Assembly: GCA_964637955.1 (NCBI GenBank) | Contig: CAZWXQ010000005.1 | Coordinates: 18,993-82,992 of the forward strand | Direction of reading: 5' to 3' | DNA: 64,000 bases | From: an uncultured Gammaproteobacteria bacterium | GTDB lineage: Bacteria; Patescibacteriota; Microgenomatia; Levybacterales; UBA12049 | In this document: positions 1-10,075 of the stretch, one piece after another | Position numbering within the stretch: the stretch's first letter is position 1 | How the letters are laid out: each line of letters begins with the position of its first letter | Translations under genes and position numbers: made by a program | Notes under the pieces: generated by a model | The model's database searches: none | What the model saw: the letters and a program-made list of their open reading frames with translations, nothing else | Told to the model about the DNA's origin: nothing

Positions 1-18
1 AAAGGCCAACCATTTAAA

Positions 19-312
19 GTGGAAGTCCAAGGACTTAGTCCAAAATCACAAAATTTTGTATTTAGCGATATAGCGCCTTTTGGAAAACAAAACATACCTG
101 TTAAATTCCACTCGCCTGGACTTTTGACAAATGAAACATTCATAGTTAAAATAACCATCGGGAAAGATCAGGTTTCGAAAGAAGTTATAGTAGAACCTTT
201 TTATAAAAATACTTATTTTCTCTTTGGAGCTGGAGGGTTAATCATTGGAACATTCTTACTCATCTTATCACTCTTTATCTACAGATCCAGGCGTCTACAT
301 TTTCCGAAATGA
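19..312 (+). CDS. 3' part of a membrane-anchored protein; the gene probably begins upstream of the window
   Basis: The frame is open from the window start. It ends in a hydrophobic helix (YFLFGAGGLIIGTFLLILSLFIY) followed by a basic tail. Confidence 0.6.
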   Translation: MEVQGLSPKSQNFVFSDIAPFGKQNIPVKFHSPGLLTNETFIVKITIGKDQVSKEVIVEPFYKNTYFLFGAGGLIIGTFLLILSLFIYRSRRLHFPK

Positions 313-1543
313 AAATGGAGAAGTGCTTTACGTGGGAAAAGCAAAAAATCTTAAGAAAAGAGTTTCATCGTATTTCACCCATAAAGATCTTGGTCAAAAA
401 ACCAAAGTTTTAGTAAGCCAAATTAAAACAATAAGCACGATTTCTACCGATTCGGAGCTCGAATCACTTCTTCTTGAAGCAAATCTTATAAAGAAGTACA
501 CTCCAAAATACAATATTAAACTCACAGACGGCAAAGCATATATCTTAGCTAGGATTACAGTAAAAGAAAATGACCCAAAAGTTTTACTTTCAAGGCGAAC
601 AGAAGATCCAAGCTCAGTTTATTTTGGACCATTTCCATCTTCAAATGATCTAAAAATCGTCTTAAAACTTATACGCAAAATATTTCCATATCAATCTGTT
701 TTAAACCATCCAAAAAAATATTGTCTTTACAATCATTTGGGACTTTGTCCGTGTCCTCCTATGTTCAAAACTCATGAGGAATTTAAAAATTATAAAACTA
801 CAATTCATCACATAATTCAATTTTTTGAAGGTGACACAAAAAATATTATTCGAGAACTTGAAATCGAAAGGGATTTACTCAGCAAAGAAGAAAAATTTGA
901 GGAAGCTGCACAGATTCAAAAGAAAATTGACTCCATAGATTTTATTACCAGCAAAAAGCATAATCCATTTGAATATGAGATAAATCCAAATCTCAGGCAA
1001 GATTTAAGAATAGAAGAGACTGATGAACTTTTAAAAGTATTAAATAATAACGGAGTTGAGCTTAAAAAGCTTGAAAGAATAGAGTGCTATGACATTTCAA
1101 ATATCAGCGGTAAGCATGCTGTAGGCTCTATGGTGGTCTTTACTAACGGCGAAAAAGATGGGAATAATTATAGAAGATTTAAGATAAAGCGGCCTCCAAA
1201 AGTAGTTCCAAATGATTTTGCGATGATGAGAGAAGTAATCACAAGAAGACTTGATCACTTGTCAGATTGGGGAACTCCGGACTTGATAATCGTCGACGGC
1301 GGAAAAGGACAGATTTCAAGTGCCATGAAAGCCTTATTTGAAAAGAACTGTGATATTCCTCTAATTGGGATCGCCAAAAGGGAAGAGCTACTTATTACAA
1401 CAGACTTTAGAGTGATAAGGCTATCAAATAAATCTCCAGCTTTAAATTTGGTTAGAAGAATTAGAGATGAAGCTCATAGATTCGCTATAACTTATCACAA
1501 AAAACTAAGAAGCAAATATTTTCTAAATCCTATTGCTAAATAA
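245..1543 (+). CDS. uvrC: Excinuclease ABC subunit C, short form lacking the C-terminal HhH
   Basis: GIY-YIG N-terminus (PGVYIF...LYVGKAKNLKKRV), a UVR motif (FEEAAQIQKKI), and an RNase H-like domain (IECYDISN, DGGKGQ, RIRDEAHRFAITYH). Confidence 0.92.
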   Translation: MEHSYSSYHSLSTDPGVYIFRNENGEVLYVGKAKNLKKRVSSYFTHKDLGQKTKVLVSQIKTISTISTDSELESLLLEANLIKKYTPKYNIKLTDGKAYILARITVKENDPKVLLSRRTEDPSSVYFGPFPSSNDLKIVLKLIRKIFPYQSVLNHPKKYCLYNHLGLCPCPPMFKTHEEFKNYKTTIHHIIQFFEGDTKNIIRELEIERDLLSKEEKFEEAAQIQKKIDSIDFITSKKHNPFEYEINPNLRQDLRIEETDELLKVLNNNGVELKKLERIECYDISNISGKHAVGSMVVFTNGEKDGNNYRRFKIKRPPKVVPNDFAMMREVITRRLDHLSDWGTPDLIIVDGGKGQISSAMKALFEKNCDIPLIGIAKREELLITTDFRVIRLSNKSPALNLVRRIRDEAHRFAITYHKKLRSKYFLNPIAK

Positions 1544-1544
1544 T

Positions 1545-2915
1545 TTATTTTCTCGTCAAAGTATATGTATAAGGGAAATAAAGAAAAATGGCTGGTGCGT
1601 CATCGATAAGATATTTTTGAAAGTCCTCGTAAATCTTTTTTCTCTCTTTAATGTCAGACGTTCTTCGGCCATCTTCAAGAAGCTTATCTATTCTAAGGTT
1701 TTTATAATTTGTAATGTTATTTGGTTGACCAGTGTGCCAGAGAGTGTACTGATCTGGATCTTTAAGCACAGGAAGTTCACCTAAAAAGGCTTGAAAGTCC
1801 GAAGGAATTCCGTCAACTACCTCAATCTCAGTGTTTATACCTATTTCTTTCCAATTCTTGGCTAGCTCAGCAGCGATAGTTCTATAAGGACGAAGTACTT
1901 TTAATTTAATCTTTATGTCTCCAGATTTAGATGCATCAGAATCTTCGAGTTGTTTTTTTGCTTGTTCTAAATCTCTTTTGAAAATTTCATTTTTGTTATA
2001 TGCCCAGGAATCTTTTTTATACATTGTATACGTTCTTTCTCCCTCTTCAAATTTATCTGGAACAGAATATGCAAGCGCTTTTCTTACTTTTTTATCTGAT
2101 AAAACAGGATCTAGATTATTTATAAATACAGTAGCAATTTTATTATTGTTGATTTGCTTCTTTATGGTTGTGTTTTTAAACTTTTCAAAATTAGATCTGT
2201 CACCATATGAAAGGTTATTGATGTCTATGATTTTTGATACGTCTCCAAGCGCATATGCATCCTTTAATGCGCTTTGAGTAGGATAGAAGATGTATTTGAT
2301 TTTCTTTTTATCTTTTTTTGAAACCAACTCTATAGACTGAACGAATCCATCTTTTGTTTGAATGTTTTTAATTTTATAGTTAGAAACTCCAACAAGATCT
2401 TTATTAAATACTTTTCTGTTCGCAAGAGTTACCAAAAACGGCGAATATTTATCTTTAAGCTTGAAAATAATAACTGTTTTTCCTGGACGTTCTATTTTTA
2501 CATCAGCAAAATTATAATTAAGAGTTGTTGAGTCTAACTTCTTTCCATTTGAATATGTAATATCATCACTCAAGTAAAATATAAAGGTTTTCCCGTCATC
2601 TTTTATATCCCATTTCTTAGCAATGTCAGGAGCAATCTGTCCATTTGGTAAGACCTTAGTAAGGCCTCTGGAAGTCTTAGAGATAACTTCATCTGGTAAG
2701 TTATTTGGAAATCCGTCTTCTCTAAAATCTCCAGCAATCCCTACAGTTTCTACATTTGTAATAGGAATTACAGAAAGGAGAAGTTTTCGATTAAAAAATA
2801 AAAGAATAGCCAAGATTATTCCTATAAGTAATACTGAAAAAATAACTTTACCCCATCTTTTTATGTACGCTCGAAGTAACCAGAAAATTAATCTTTTTCT
2901 CTTTAAAAAAATCAT
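1545..2915 (-). CDS. ABC transporter substrate-binding protein, family 5 (OppA/DppA-like)
   Basis: N-terminal TM anchor plus PDIAKKWDIKDDGKTFIF, DKKVRKALAY and QKYLIDDAPAIFLY motifs. Confidence 0.85.
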   Translation of the reverse strand: MIFLKRKRLIFWLLRAYIKRWGKVIFSVLLIGIILAILLFFNRKLLLSVIPITNVETVGIAGDFREDGFPNNLPDEVISKTSRGLTKVLPNGQIAPDIAKKWDIKDDGKTFIFYLSDDITYSNGKKLDSTTLNYNFADVKIERPGKTVIIFKLKDKYSPFLVTLANRKVFNKDLVGVSNYKIKNIQTKDGFVQSIELVSKKDKKKIKYIFYPTQSALKDAYALGDVSKIIDINNLSYGDRSNFEKFKNTTIKKQINNNKIATVFINNLDPVLSDKKVRKALAYSVPDKFEEGERTYTMYKKDSWAYNKNEIFKRDLEQAKKQLEDSDASKSGDIKIKLKVLRPYRTIAAELAKNWKEIGINTEIEVVDGIPSDFQAFLGELPVLKDPDQYTLWHTGQPNNITNYKNLRIDKLLEDGRRTSDIKERKKIYEDFQKYLIDDAPAIFLYFPYTYTLTRK

Positions 2916-2927
2916 AAGACTTATCTT

Positions 2928-3140
2928 TTATCTGGGGATAAGTAGCAGAACTGAAAGCAAAGCGAAGATTATAGAAAGAATTACTGTAGCATAAATTAAA
3001 AACTTTTCCATACTTCTTCTACTTCTAAATGTCTCTCCGCTTCCACCAAAACTAGAAGAAAGACCAGTGCCTTGAACTTGGAGAAGAATTGCACCAATCA
3101 AAAGTGTTGCCACCACTATTTCAAGAATGTTTAAAATCAT
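2928..3140 (-). CDS. secG: Preprotein translocase subunit SecG
   Basis: 70 aa with two TMs and the ILLQ-x-GxGLSSSFGG...RRSMEK pattern. Confidence 0.9.
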   Translation of the reverse strand: MILNILEIVVATLLIGAILLQVQGTGLSSSFGGSGETFRSRRSMEKFLIYATVILSIIFALLSVLLLIPR

Positions 3141-3175
3141 AAGCTAATTATAGCGCCTGAGAAGCTTTATTTCAA

Positions 3176-3223
3176 CCTGCCCAACATGCAAGACAAGTTT
3201 ACTGAGTCGTTGCGGGCGGGCCT
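3176..3223. repeat. GC-rich palindromic mini-element (REP/RPE-like), intergenic copy
   Basis: cctgccc...cgttgcgggcgggcct forms a hairpin. It has the same termini as the element at 62221-62265. Confidence 0.6.
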
Positions 3224-3233
3224 GTTAATTTGA

Positions 3234-3644
3234 TTATTTGCTTTTAAGAAGCCAGTCAAAGAATGCGATTATAATAGACAAAATCGCTGCTGTTAAAATG
3301 AAAGCCCAGAAAGTGTTAAAGTGCATAACTGGCACTATAAATCCTGCATAAGTAAATCCATTAAATGTAAATGCTGAAATTTTTATTTGAGTTACAAAAA
3401 TAGTTAGCACATAAAGAATAATTGCATTTGTAAAAAAAGAAAAAAGTCCAAGTGTAAGCATGTTTAACGGAAGAGAAAAGATGTTTAGTATTGGCTTTAG
3501 TATTAAAAGAAGGAGCGAAAGCACAAATCCAGCGATTATGTAGGTCATGAAACCTCCAATTATAGTAACCCCAGGTATAACTTGATCTAGAATTGCAAGA
3601 GAAATTCCATTTACGACGGTGTGCCTAATTAATCCTTTCATCAT
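3234..3644 (-). CDS. Phage holin family 4-TM membrane protein (YvlD/DUF360-like)
   Basis: Contains the LKPILNIFSLPLNMLTLGLFSFFTNA signature. Confidence 0.85.
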   Translation of the reverse strand: MMKGLIRHTVVNGISLAILDQVIPGVTIIGGFMTYIIAGFVLSLLLLILKPILNIFSLPLNMLTLGLFSFFTNAIILYVLTIFVTQIKISAFTFNGFTYAGFIVPVMHFNTFWAFILTAAILSIIIAFFDWLLKSK

Positions 3645-3756
3645 AAAAGCGTATCAAATTGCGCTTATAAATAAAAGTTTTAGGTGTTGTTGACTTATTT
3701 ATGGTTTATGAGATGATCATATTGTTAATGGTGTTTTATTCATTCTTCCTTATCTC

Positions 3757-4179
3757 ATGATTTTAATTATACCCATTTTGATATTTTTAATACCACGAAT
3801 TTTAAGTTTTATATTTGGGTATAGAGCAAAATCGTTTGGATTAATTACTTTAATTGAATGGACAATAATAGATATTCTAATTAATGCGCCGATAGTTTAT
3901 ATTATTGTTTTATTAGGGGGCTCAGGAGATGGCGATACTCAACCCTTAACTCCATCCAAAGAGCATGATCTATTACTTTTTGTTAGCGTTATAGTATTAT
4001 TTTTACTTCTTGTCGATATTCTTTTCTTGTCTTTAGGTGCAATAAATAAGGAAAATAATACGAAAAAAGATCCTGAGCAAAAAAAATTAGACAGTAATAT
4101 ATCAAATACTCTTCAAAATCCTGATAAGAATGCTGATGATATAATTTCAAATTCACCTACAACTAATCAAACAGCTTAA
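3757..4179 (+). CDS. Hypothetical 3-TM membrane protein, paralog of 4433..4786
   Basis: Shares PRILSxIFGYR...WxxIDILIN...LLLxDILFxxLG with the downstream ORF. Confidence 0.7.
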   Translation: MILIIPILIFLIPRILSFIFGYRAKSFGLITLIEWTIIDILINAPIVYIIVLLGGSGDGDTQPLTPSKEHDLLLFVSVIVLFLLLVDILFLSLGAINKENNTKKDPEQKKLDSNISNTLQNPDKNADDIISNSPTTNQTA

Positions 4180-4220
4180 ACTCAAGCTAAGGTAAAAAAG
4201 AGTAGAGTGTAATAAGACCT

Positions 4221-4334
4221 AAAGTTAAATGTACGTACTTCGGTAAAGATGTTGAGATTTCAGAAGCTATAGTTCATGAAATTTATTCAAAAGTAAGAGA
4301 CAGAAATAGATCGCTCAGTTTGATAAAGCGATAG
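4221..4334 (+). pseudogene. Start-less fragment of the 5' end of the DUF2130 gene
   Basis: Translates to KVKCTYFGKDVEISEAIVHEIYSKVRD, against KVKCPHCGKDVEISEAIVHELQSKVRD at 4906. It then diverges to a TAG stop. Confidence 0.85.
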
Positions 4335-4432
4335 TCAAAAGAATATCAAAGCATGACTATAATGTCATTTTATATCCTTATATGAAGATTATGTATTTTT
4401 AATTTCTTTAAATTTTGATATATGATTAAGTT

Positions 4433-4786
4433 GTGAATGAATTTATTTTTATTTTTGAAATAATTATTACATTATTTACTGCATTAACTTTTATTATTGC
4501 TCCACGCATACTAAGTATGATATTTGGCTACAGAAGTAATTCGCATGGACTTGCTAGATTACTCAAGTGGAGTGTCATAGATATTTTAATTAACGGAATA
4601 ATTTTGATTCCATTTACAACTTTTGGTTTAAATATGGGAGACAGTTACGTTGAAAAAATAACTATATATGATTTTTTAAATGTTATGCCGTTAAATTTAT
4701 TTTTTATATTCATTTTATTACTCATAGATATTCTATTTATGTATTTAGGAGTAGCATTAAAAGATTTTAAAAGAATAAATATATAA
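4433..4786 (+). CDS. Hypothetical 3-TM membrane protein, paralog of 3757..4179
   Basis: Same motifs as 3757..4179. GTG start. Confidence 0.7.
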   Translation: MNEFIFIFEIIITLFTALTFIIAPRILSMIFGYRSNSHGLARLLKWSVIDILINGIILIPFTTFGLNMGDSYVEKITIYDFLNVMPLNLFFIFILLLIDILFMYLGVALKDFKRINI

Positions 4787-4899
4787 CTTATTTTTTCAAT
4801 TAAAAGAACGCAAACTAATTGCTTAGAAATAATTCGTAATTAGGTTTAACTAAGTATAACTTGAAATTAAAACAAGTTACGCGTATTATATTTTGAATT

Positions 4900-6024
4900 A
4901 TGGATAAAGTTAAATGTCCGCACTGCGGAAAAGATGTCGAGATCTCAGAAGCTATAGTTCATGAACTCCAATCAAAAGTCAGAGACGAAGAAAGTAAGAG
5001 ACTTAAGGCTCAGTTTGAGGAAGAAAAAGCAAAAACTCAGGCTGAAAACGAAAAAAAATTACGAGAAGAATTTGAATTAGCAAACAAACAAAGAGATAAA
5101 GATCTTGAAGAAGCACGAAAAAAAGAACTCGAACTTAAAGAAAAGCTAGAAAAAGAACAAGAAGAAAGAGAAAAGGCGGAGGAAAAAATACGACTTGAAG
5201 CAAAAAAAGCGGCAGAAAAAGAAGCAGAAGAAGGTCAAGCTTTAAAGATTAAAGAAAAAGATATTCAGATGGATCAGATTAAGCGCTTAGCAGAGGACTT
5301 AAGACGAGCCAATGAGGATTTGAAGCGAAAACTTGAGCAAGGAAGTCAGCAAATGCAAGGAGAAGCGCTCGAACAGGATTTCGAAGAAAAGCTGAAATCT
5401 ACTTTTCCAGGCGACGAATTTGTACCAGTTCCAAAAGGCGTAGAAGGAGGAGATATATGGCAAAAGGTTAAGTTTAATGGAAAAGTGGTGGGTTCTATCA
5501 TTTGGGAAACCAAAAGAACAAAGGCATGGAGTAATGGCTGGTTAACTAAATTAAAAGACGATGCTAATCGTATTTCAGCAACTGAAGCTATAATAGTTAC
5601 TCAAGTTTTACCATCAGACATGAATAATTTTGACAGAAAAGATGGCGTATGGTTAACAACTTATGAACATGCACTTGGGATTTGCAGATATGTAAGATTC
5701 CTCATAACTACTGTAGCGACTATTAAATCCAGCACAACACACACTGAAGAAGAATGGGGAGCAATTCGAGATTACATGCTATCCGATGGATTTAAAAGAC
5801 GCATGGAAACACACTTTGATAGCGTAAATGCGCTGCGAGTTGGACTAGATGCAGAAAGAAGAGCAACTGTTTTAAGGTGGAAAAAGCAAGAAGCTCTTAT
5901 TGAAAAGCTTGATATAAATACAGCCAATTTTTATGGAGAGCTACAGTCAATTGTGCCCAGTTTGCCAGAATTAAAAGAAGCTGATAATCTTATTACCGAT
6001 GGCGAAGACCAAACCCTCATTTAA
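4900..6024 (+). CDS. DUF2130 domain coiled-coil protein
   Basis: N-terminal CPHC, a long coiled coil, and GSQQMQGEALE...WETKRTKAWSNGWLTKLKDD. Confidence 0.85.
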   Translation: MDKVKCPHCGKDVEISEAIVHELQSKVRDEESKRLKAQFEEEKAKTQAENEKKLREEFELANKQRDKDLEEARKKELELKEKLEKEQEEREKAEEKIRLEAKKAAEKEAEEGQALKIKEKDIQMDQIKRLAEDLRRANEDLKRKLEQGSQQMQGEALEQDFEEKLKSTFPGDEFVPVPKGVEGGDIWQKVKFNGKVVGSIIWETKRTKAWSNGWLTKLKDDANRISATEAIIVTQVLPSDMNNFDRKDGVWLTTYEHALGICRYVRFLITTVATIKSSTTHTEEEWGAIRDYMLSDGFKRRMETHFDSVNALRVGLDAERRATVLRWKKQEALIEKLDINTANFYGELQSIVPSLPELKEADNLITDGEDQTLI

Positions 6025-6610
6025 TGAAGAAAATTACTACTGGAAATTCGGCATAGATCATGTATTTGGTTTAGATGAAGTAGGTCGAGGAGCATTTGCT
6101 GGGCCTATCGTAGCAGCTGGAGTGATTTACAAACCAAGTTTTAAGCATGAATTTTTAGAAAAGGTAAACGATTCAAAGCTTCTTAAGCCCAAGCTCCGTG
6201 AAGAACTTTCCCTTTTCATTAAAGAAAATTCGATTTGGACAATCGAATTAGTAGATTTAGATTTTATAAATAAGTTTGGGATAGGAAAAGCAAATTACGA
6301 AGTACTTAGCAAAGTATTTTTAAGTCTTATCGACAAAATAAAATCAGAAAATTATTTCGCAATTGTCGACGGATTTGATCTTAAAATTAAAAAGCAAAAA
6401 GCAATCATAAGAGGAGATCAAATAAGCCTATCGATTGCATCCGCTTCAATAATAGCAAAAGTTTATAGAGATGAACTTATGACAAAAGCTCACATTCTTT
6501 TTCCGGATTATAACTTTGCGCAAAATAAAGGATATGGAACGCTAGCACACAGAAACGCTTTAAAAAAATTTGGGGCAAGTAGATTTCACCGCAGTGCTTT
6601 TATTGATTAA
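5999..6610 (+). CDS. rnhB: Ribonuclease HII
   Basis: GLDEVGRGAFAGP, DSKLL, SIASASIIAKVYRD, NKGYGT motifs. Confidence 0.95.
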   Translation: MAKTKPSFNEENYYWKFGIDHVFGLDEVGRGAFAGPIVAAGVIYKPSFKHEFLEKVNDSKLLKPKLREELSLFIKENSIWTIELVDLDFINKFGIGKANYEVLSKVFLSLIDKIKSENYFAIVDGFDLKIKKQKAIIRGDQISLSIASASIIAKVYRDELMTKAHILFPDYNFAQNKGYGTLAHRNALKKFGASRFHRSAFID

Positions 6611-7004
6611 TATCGGGTTGCACCGCTTCATTAAAGTTTCTCACCATTTCTGACTTGCTATCTGCCCATAAATCAGGAACTCTACCAAAATGATCGTAAG
6701 CATTTTGTTTTAATATAACTCTATCCCTTGCTTCAATAAGTAAATATGTTGCTCTATGGATTTGTTCTGGTGTAAGATCCAGTCTTTGCAAGAGGCCGAA
6801 TGCTTCATCAGCTACAGCCATTCGGGCATGTGCATTTGCAACTCTTCGGTCCCCAGGTCTAAAGTCCGCCCAAAATCCGTTTCTAATCTGTCTTACTCTT
6901 ATTTCTGCTTCTTCTCGTGTGGAAATTCTACCAGGATCAAGTTCTGATGATTTAGGAGTTGACTCTGCAATGAAAGTTTCAACCCTTCTTAGCGCTTCAC
7001 CCAT
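6600..7004 (-). CDS. Hypothetical protein (Arg/Glu-rich)
   Basis: 134-aa ORF filling the gap between genes. No recognisable motif. Confidence 0.6.
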   Translation of the reverse strand: MGEALRRVETFIAESTPKSSELDPGRISTREEAEIRVRQIRNGFWADFRPGDRRVANAHARMAVADEAFGLLQRLDLTPEQIHRATYLLIEARDRVILKQNAYDHFGRVPDLWADSKSEMVRNFNEAVQPDINQ

Positions 7005-7105
7005 GACTAAATTAAATAGTTTTAAATTAAAAATAATTTACAAATAATGTAGTAGATGTGTAAGAAAAGTTGACAGTCTACCAAGGCTTTGTTAAGATCG
7101 TGCCC

Positions 7106-8491
7106 ATGAGTGAAAGAGGTCCAAATCCAGGAATATCCGAATTTGCAGCAGCTCTTAGAGGCGGTAGGAGAATTGATTTGTCAGAACAAGTAAGAGAACT
7201 TGGAGCCGAACTGGAAGATAGACCTAGCGAGATGGTAGTAGTTACTGGATATGCAGAACTTACTTCCCTAGGGGATACCGAAGCGACTCGAAGAAGAGAG
7301 TTGCTTGGAGAAACTGCAGCCAGACAGTTTCCTACAGGAAATAAAAGGACCCAAATTGCCGCACATGCTGAGTTCAATCCTCTTGATCACTTTAGTAGAC
7401 AAGATATGCTAGGAATGTCTAAACTTAGCGCAATGATGCGAGTAGTAGCCAGGGATGCTGCTCGTCGTTCAGGAATTCTTGATCAAGATGGTCGCCTGGA
7501 TCCCCGATTCCACCGCGATCATGTTGGAACTACTATTTCTACTTCTGTTGGTCATATGGGAAATATAATAGCTACAAATGAAACAATAGAAAGAGAAAGT
7601 AGAGGAGAAAAAACCCATATTACTTCTAAAGAAATATTGAAAGTTCTTCCGGAGCAATCTAATGCTGGAGTTGCACAAAACTTAGGAATAAGCGGATGGG
7701 GAAGTAACTCTCAAGAAGCATGTGCAACTAGTCTTTCAAGTATAGCTGATGCAAATTTATTAATAAGATCAGGTAAGAATAGGGTTGTGCTAGCAGGTGG
7801 ATTTGAAGATACGCTTTCAGATGGAATGTCTAGACCAGCAGTAGGTTTATTTTCAGCTTTGAGAGGAGCAATATCGACAAATAACGAATACCCTGAAAAT
7901 GCAATAAGACCTTATGACAAAGATAGAGATGGATTTGTAATGGCATCAGGAGGTGGAGTAATGGTATTAGAAAGTCTGGAAAGTGCTCTAGAGAGAGGTG
8001 CTACGATTTACGCTACGATTCTTAACGCTGAAAAAGCAATGGATGGATCTGATAATCCTACACTCTTAGACGCTGACAGAGTCGCTAGGTTACTCCTTAA
8101 AACCTTAAAAGTTCAAGGAGAAGAAAAAGGGTTTTATTTACCTGATGCTATATTTACACATGCCACTGCTACTCGAGCAGGAGATTTAGCAGAAATTGAA
8201 GCATTTAGAAAAGCATTGACGAAATATCTACCTAATATTCCTACTACAGCTATTAAATCTATTCACGGACATTTACTTGGAGGAGCCGGTGTTATTAATG
8301 CTATTGCTGCAGTACGTTCACTCCATGAAGGAATAATTCAACCTACAATTAATCTAGTTAATCGTAGTGAGGAATTTATGGATTTAGATATAGTTACACA
8401 GGCTAGAGAAACTCAGATTCAAACAGCTATAGCAACAGCGTTTGGTTTTGGTGGATATGACGCTGCGGTTCTCTTCGGGAAGTATAGATAA
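7106..8491 (+). CDS. fabF: Beta-ketoacyl-ACP synthase II (FabF-like), orphan
   Basis: Catalytic Cys-His-His (EACAT, HATAT, KSIHGHLLG), plus RPYDKDRDGFV and FGFGG. ATG 7106 follows TTGACA(7070)-17-TAAGAT(7093). Confidence 0.8.
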   Translation: MSERGPNPGISEFAAALRGGRRIDLSEQVRELGAELEDRPSEMVVVTGYAELTSLGDTEATRRRELLGETAARQFPTGNKRTQIAAHAEFNPLDHFSRQDMLGMSKLSAMMRVVARDAARRSGILDQDGRLDPRFHRDHVGTTISTSVGHMGNIIATNETIERESRGEKTHITSKEILKVLPEQSNAGVAQNLGISGWGSNSQEACATSLSSIADANLLIRSGKNRVVLAGGFEDTLSDGMSRPAVGLFSALRGAISTNNEYPENAIRPYDKDRDGFVMASGGGVMVLESLESALERGATIYATILNAEKAMDGSDNPTLLDADRVARLLLKTLKVQGEEKGFYLPDAIFTHATATRAGDLAEIEAFRKALTKYLPNIPTTAIKSIHGHLLGGAGVINAIAAVRSLHEGIIQPTINLVNRSEEFMDLDIVTQARETQIQTAIATAFGFGGYDAAVLFGKYR

Positions 8492-8581
8492 CCTCTCGCT
8501 AGTACGAGAATTAGCTTCCCCAATCAACTTGCTCAATTATCCGTTTACACTGAACTGGCAATCTGTTAATATCCTGGCATA

Positions 8582-9889
8582 ATGAAAAGCTTGGAAATTA
8601 GAGGCGGTGAAGAAGTAACTGGTTCACAATTTTTACTTACTGGAAATAATCGCAGCAAATTTCTTATAGACTGTGGATTAAGTCAAAAAAATGATAAAAA
8701 TCCCGGAAACACTGACTTAGACCCCACAAATTTAAAAGGAGTTTTTATTACGCATGCTCATATTGATCATGTAGGATTGGTTCAGCAACTTGTTAGATTT
8801 CCAGAAGTGCCTATTTATATGACTCCAGCTACTCTTTCAATTGCTAATATATCATTGAGAAATTCAGAAAAAATTTCACCATCACTTTTTCCTCCAGGAA
8901 GTATCGACAAAATTATGAAAAGAACTACGACTGTTCCATATGGCAGGAGATTTGAAGTAGATGGAGCAAAAGCTATATTTAGAAATGCTGGTCATATTCT
9001 GGGTTCTGCAAGCCTTGAACTTAGTGAAGGAGGAGACATTGTTGCATTTAGTGGAGATATTGGTGATTCACCGTCTCGAACAGTAAAGCCAGCAGAATAT
9101 ATAAAAGAAGCAGATATCATAGTAATGGAAGCTACTTATGGAGGAATTGAAAGACAAGAACATAACTCTACCGAGGACATAAGAGAGGCGATAAGACTTG
9201 CAAGAAAAAATAAAGGAGATCTGCTAGTACCTGTTTTTGCAATCGACAGAGCTCAATCATTCTTAAGTGAGTTACGAAAATTAAGCGAAGAGGGTTTTTT
9301 AAAAACTATGGGTATGGATGTATTCTTTTCCAGCCCAATGGCATCTGATGTTACCCGTATTTACAATGGAAACAGAGATTTATTAAATGAAAAATTAGCT
9401 AAAATTATTCGTCCTTTTGCCTTTCCAGAACTTAGGGAAACATATACGCATGCTGAAGATTTGATGATTGAAAAACAAAAAGATCCAAAAATTATAGTTG
9501 CTGGATCTGGAATGATGGCTGGAGGAAGAATTATCGAGCACGCAAAAAGATGTCTTCCTGATGAAAGAAATGTCATGTTATTTACCGGATTTCAAGCACC
9601 TGGAACAACAGGTGAAAAAATATTACGTGGAGATAAGACAGTTAAGCTGGATGGCGAAGATATTGAGGTTAAAGCTCAAATTCTATTTACATCTCTAAGC
9701 GCCCATGCAGATCAAAATGGTTTACTTTCCTGGCTGGAATATCCTCATCTAGGACAAAGGCCAGTAAGAAATACTATAGTGGTTCACGGGGAAACCGTAA
9801 AGAGACACGCTTTTGCCAATTCAGTAAAGGAGAGATTCGGATTAACGACAACAGTTCCAGATTCTGGAGATATAATTTCATTTAGTTAA
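8582..9889 (+). CDS. MBL-fold beta-CASP ribonuclease (YSH1-like)
   Basis: THAHIDH, AGHILGSA, FSGD, SGMMAGGR, SAHAD, VHGE motifs. Confidence 0.9.
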   Translation: MKSLEIRGGEEVTGSQFLLTGNNRSKFLIDCGLSQKNDKNPGNTDLDPTNLKGVFITHAHIDHVGLVQQLVRFPEVPIYMTPATLSIANISLRNSEKISPSLFPPGSIDKIMKRTTTVPYGRRFEVDGAKAIFRNAGHILGSASLELSEGGDIVAFSGDIGDSPSRTVKPAEYIKEADIIVMEATYGGIERQEHNSTEDIREAIRLARKNKGDLLVPVFAIDRAQSFLSELRKLSEEGFLKTMGMDVFFSSPMASDVTRIYNGNRDLLNEKLAKIIRPFAFPELRETYTHAEDLMIEKQKDPKIIVAGSGMMAGGRIIEHAKRCLPDERNVMLFTGFQAPGTTGEKILRGDKTVKLDGEDIEVKAQILFTSLSAHADQNGLLSWLEYPHLGQRPVRNTIVVHGETVKRHAFANSVKERFGLTTTVPDSGDIISFS

Positions 9890-9920
9890 GTAGATGTATA
9901 ATCTTATTAACAGAGTTCCT

Positions 9921-10075
9921 ACTTAGATTTCGATCTAAGTGTAAGTAACTTTAAATCTCTCCCGCTTAGCGGAATAGTAAAGAGATTAAAGACCCAAGAG
10001 CTTTCGGCTTTGGGATAACTAACTCTAAATCTCTTCCTCTGAAGAGGAATCGATAAGAGATTAGTAAGGAGGTGA
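9921..10075 (+). ncRNA. Candidate cis-regulatory structured leader RNA: two tandem units ending in the SD TAAGGAGGTGA
   Basis: Each unit is a hairpin, a TAAC linker, then an AATCTCT...AGAGATT stem enclosing an inner hairpin. A near-identical copy lies at 46886-46968. The -10 TATAAT is at 9897. Confidence 0.65.

Noticed and set aside
1533-2994. Antisense or alternate-frame ORFs (1533, 1915, 2623 and the many similar ones across the track)
   Set aside because: They are shadows of well-supported genes and have no motifs.
3234-3644. Prophage inferred from the holin-family gene
   Set aside because: This family is commonly chromosomal, and no other phage genes are nearby.
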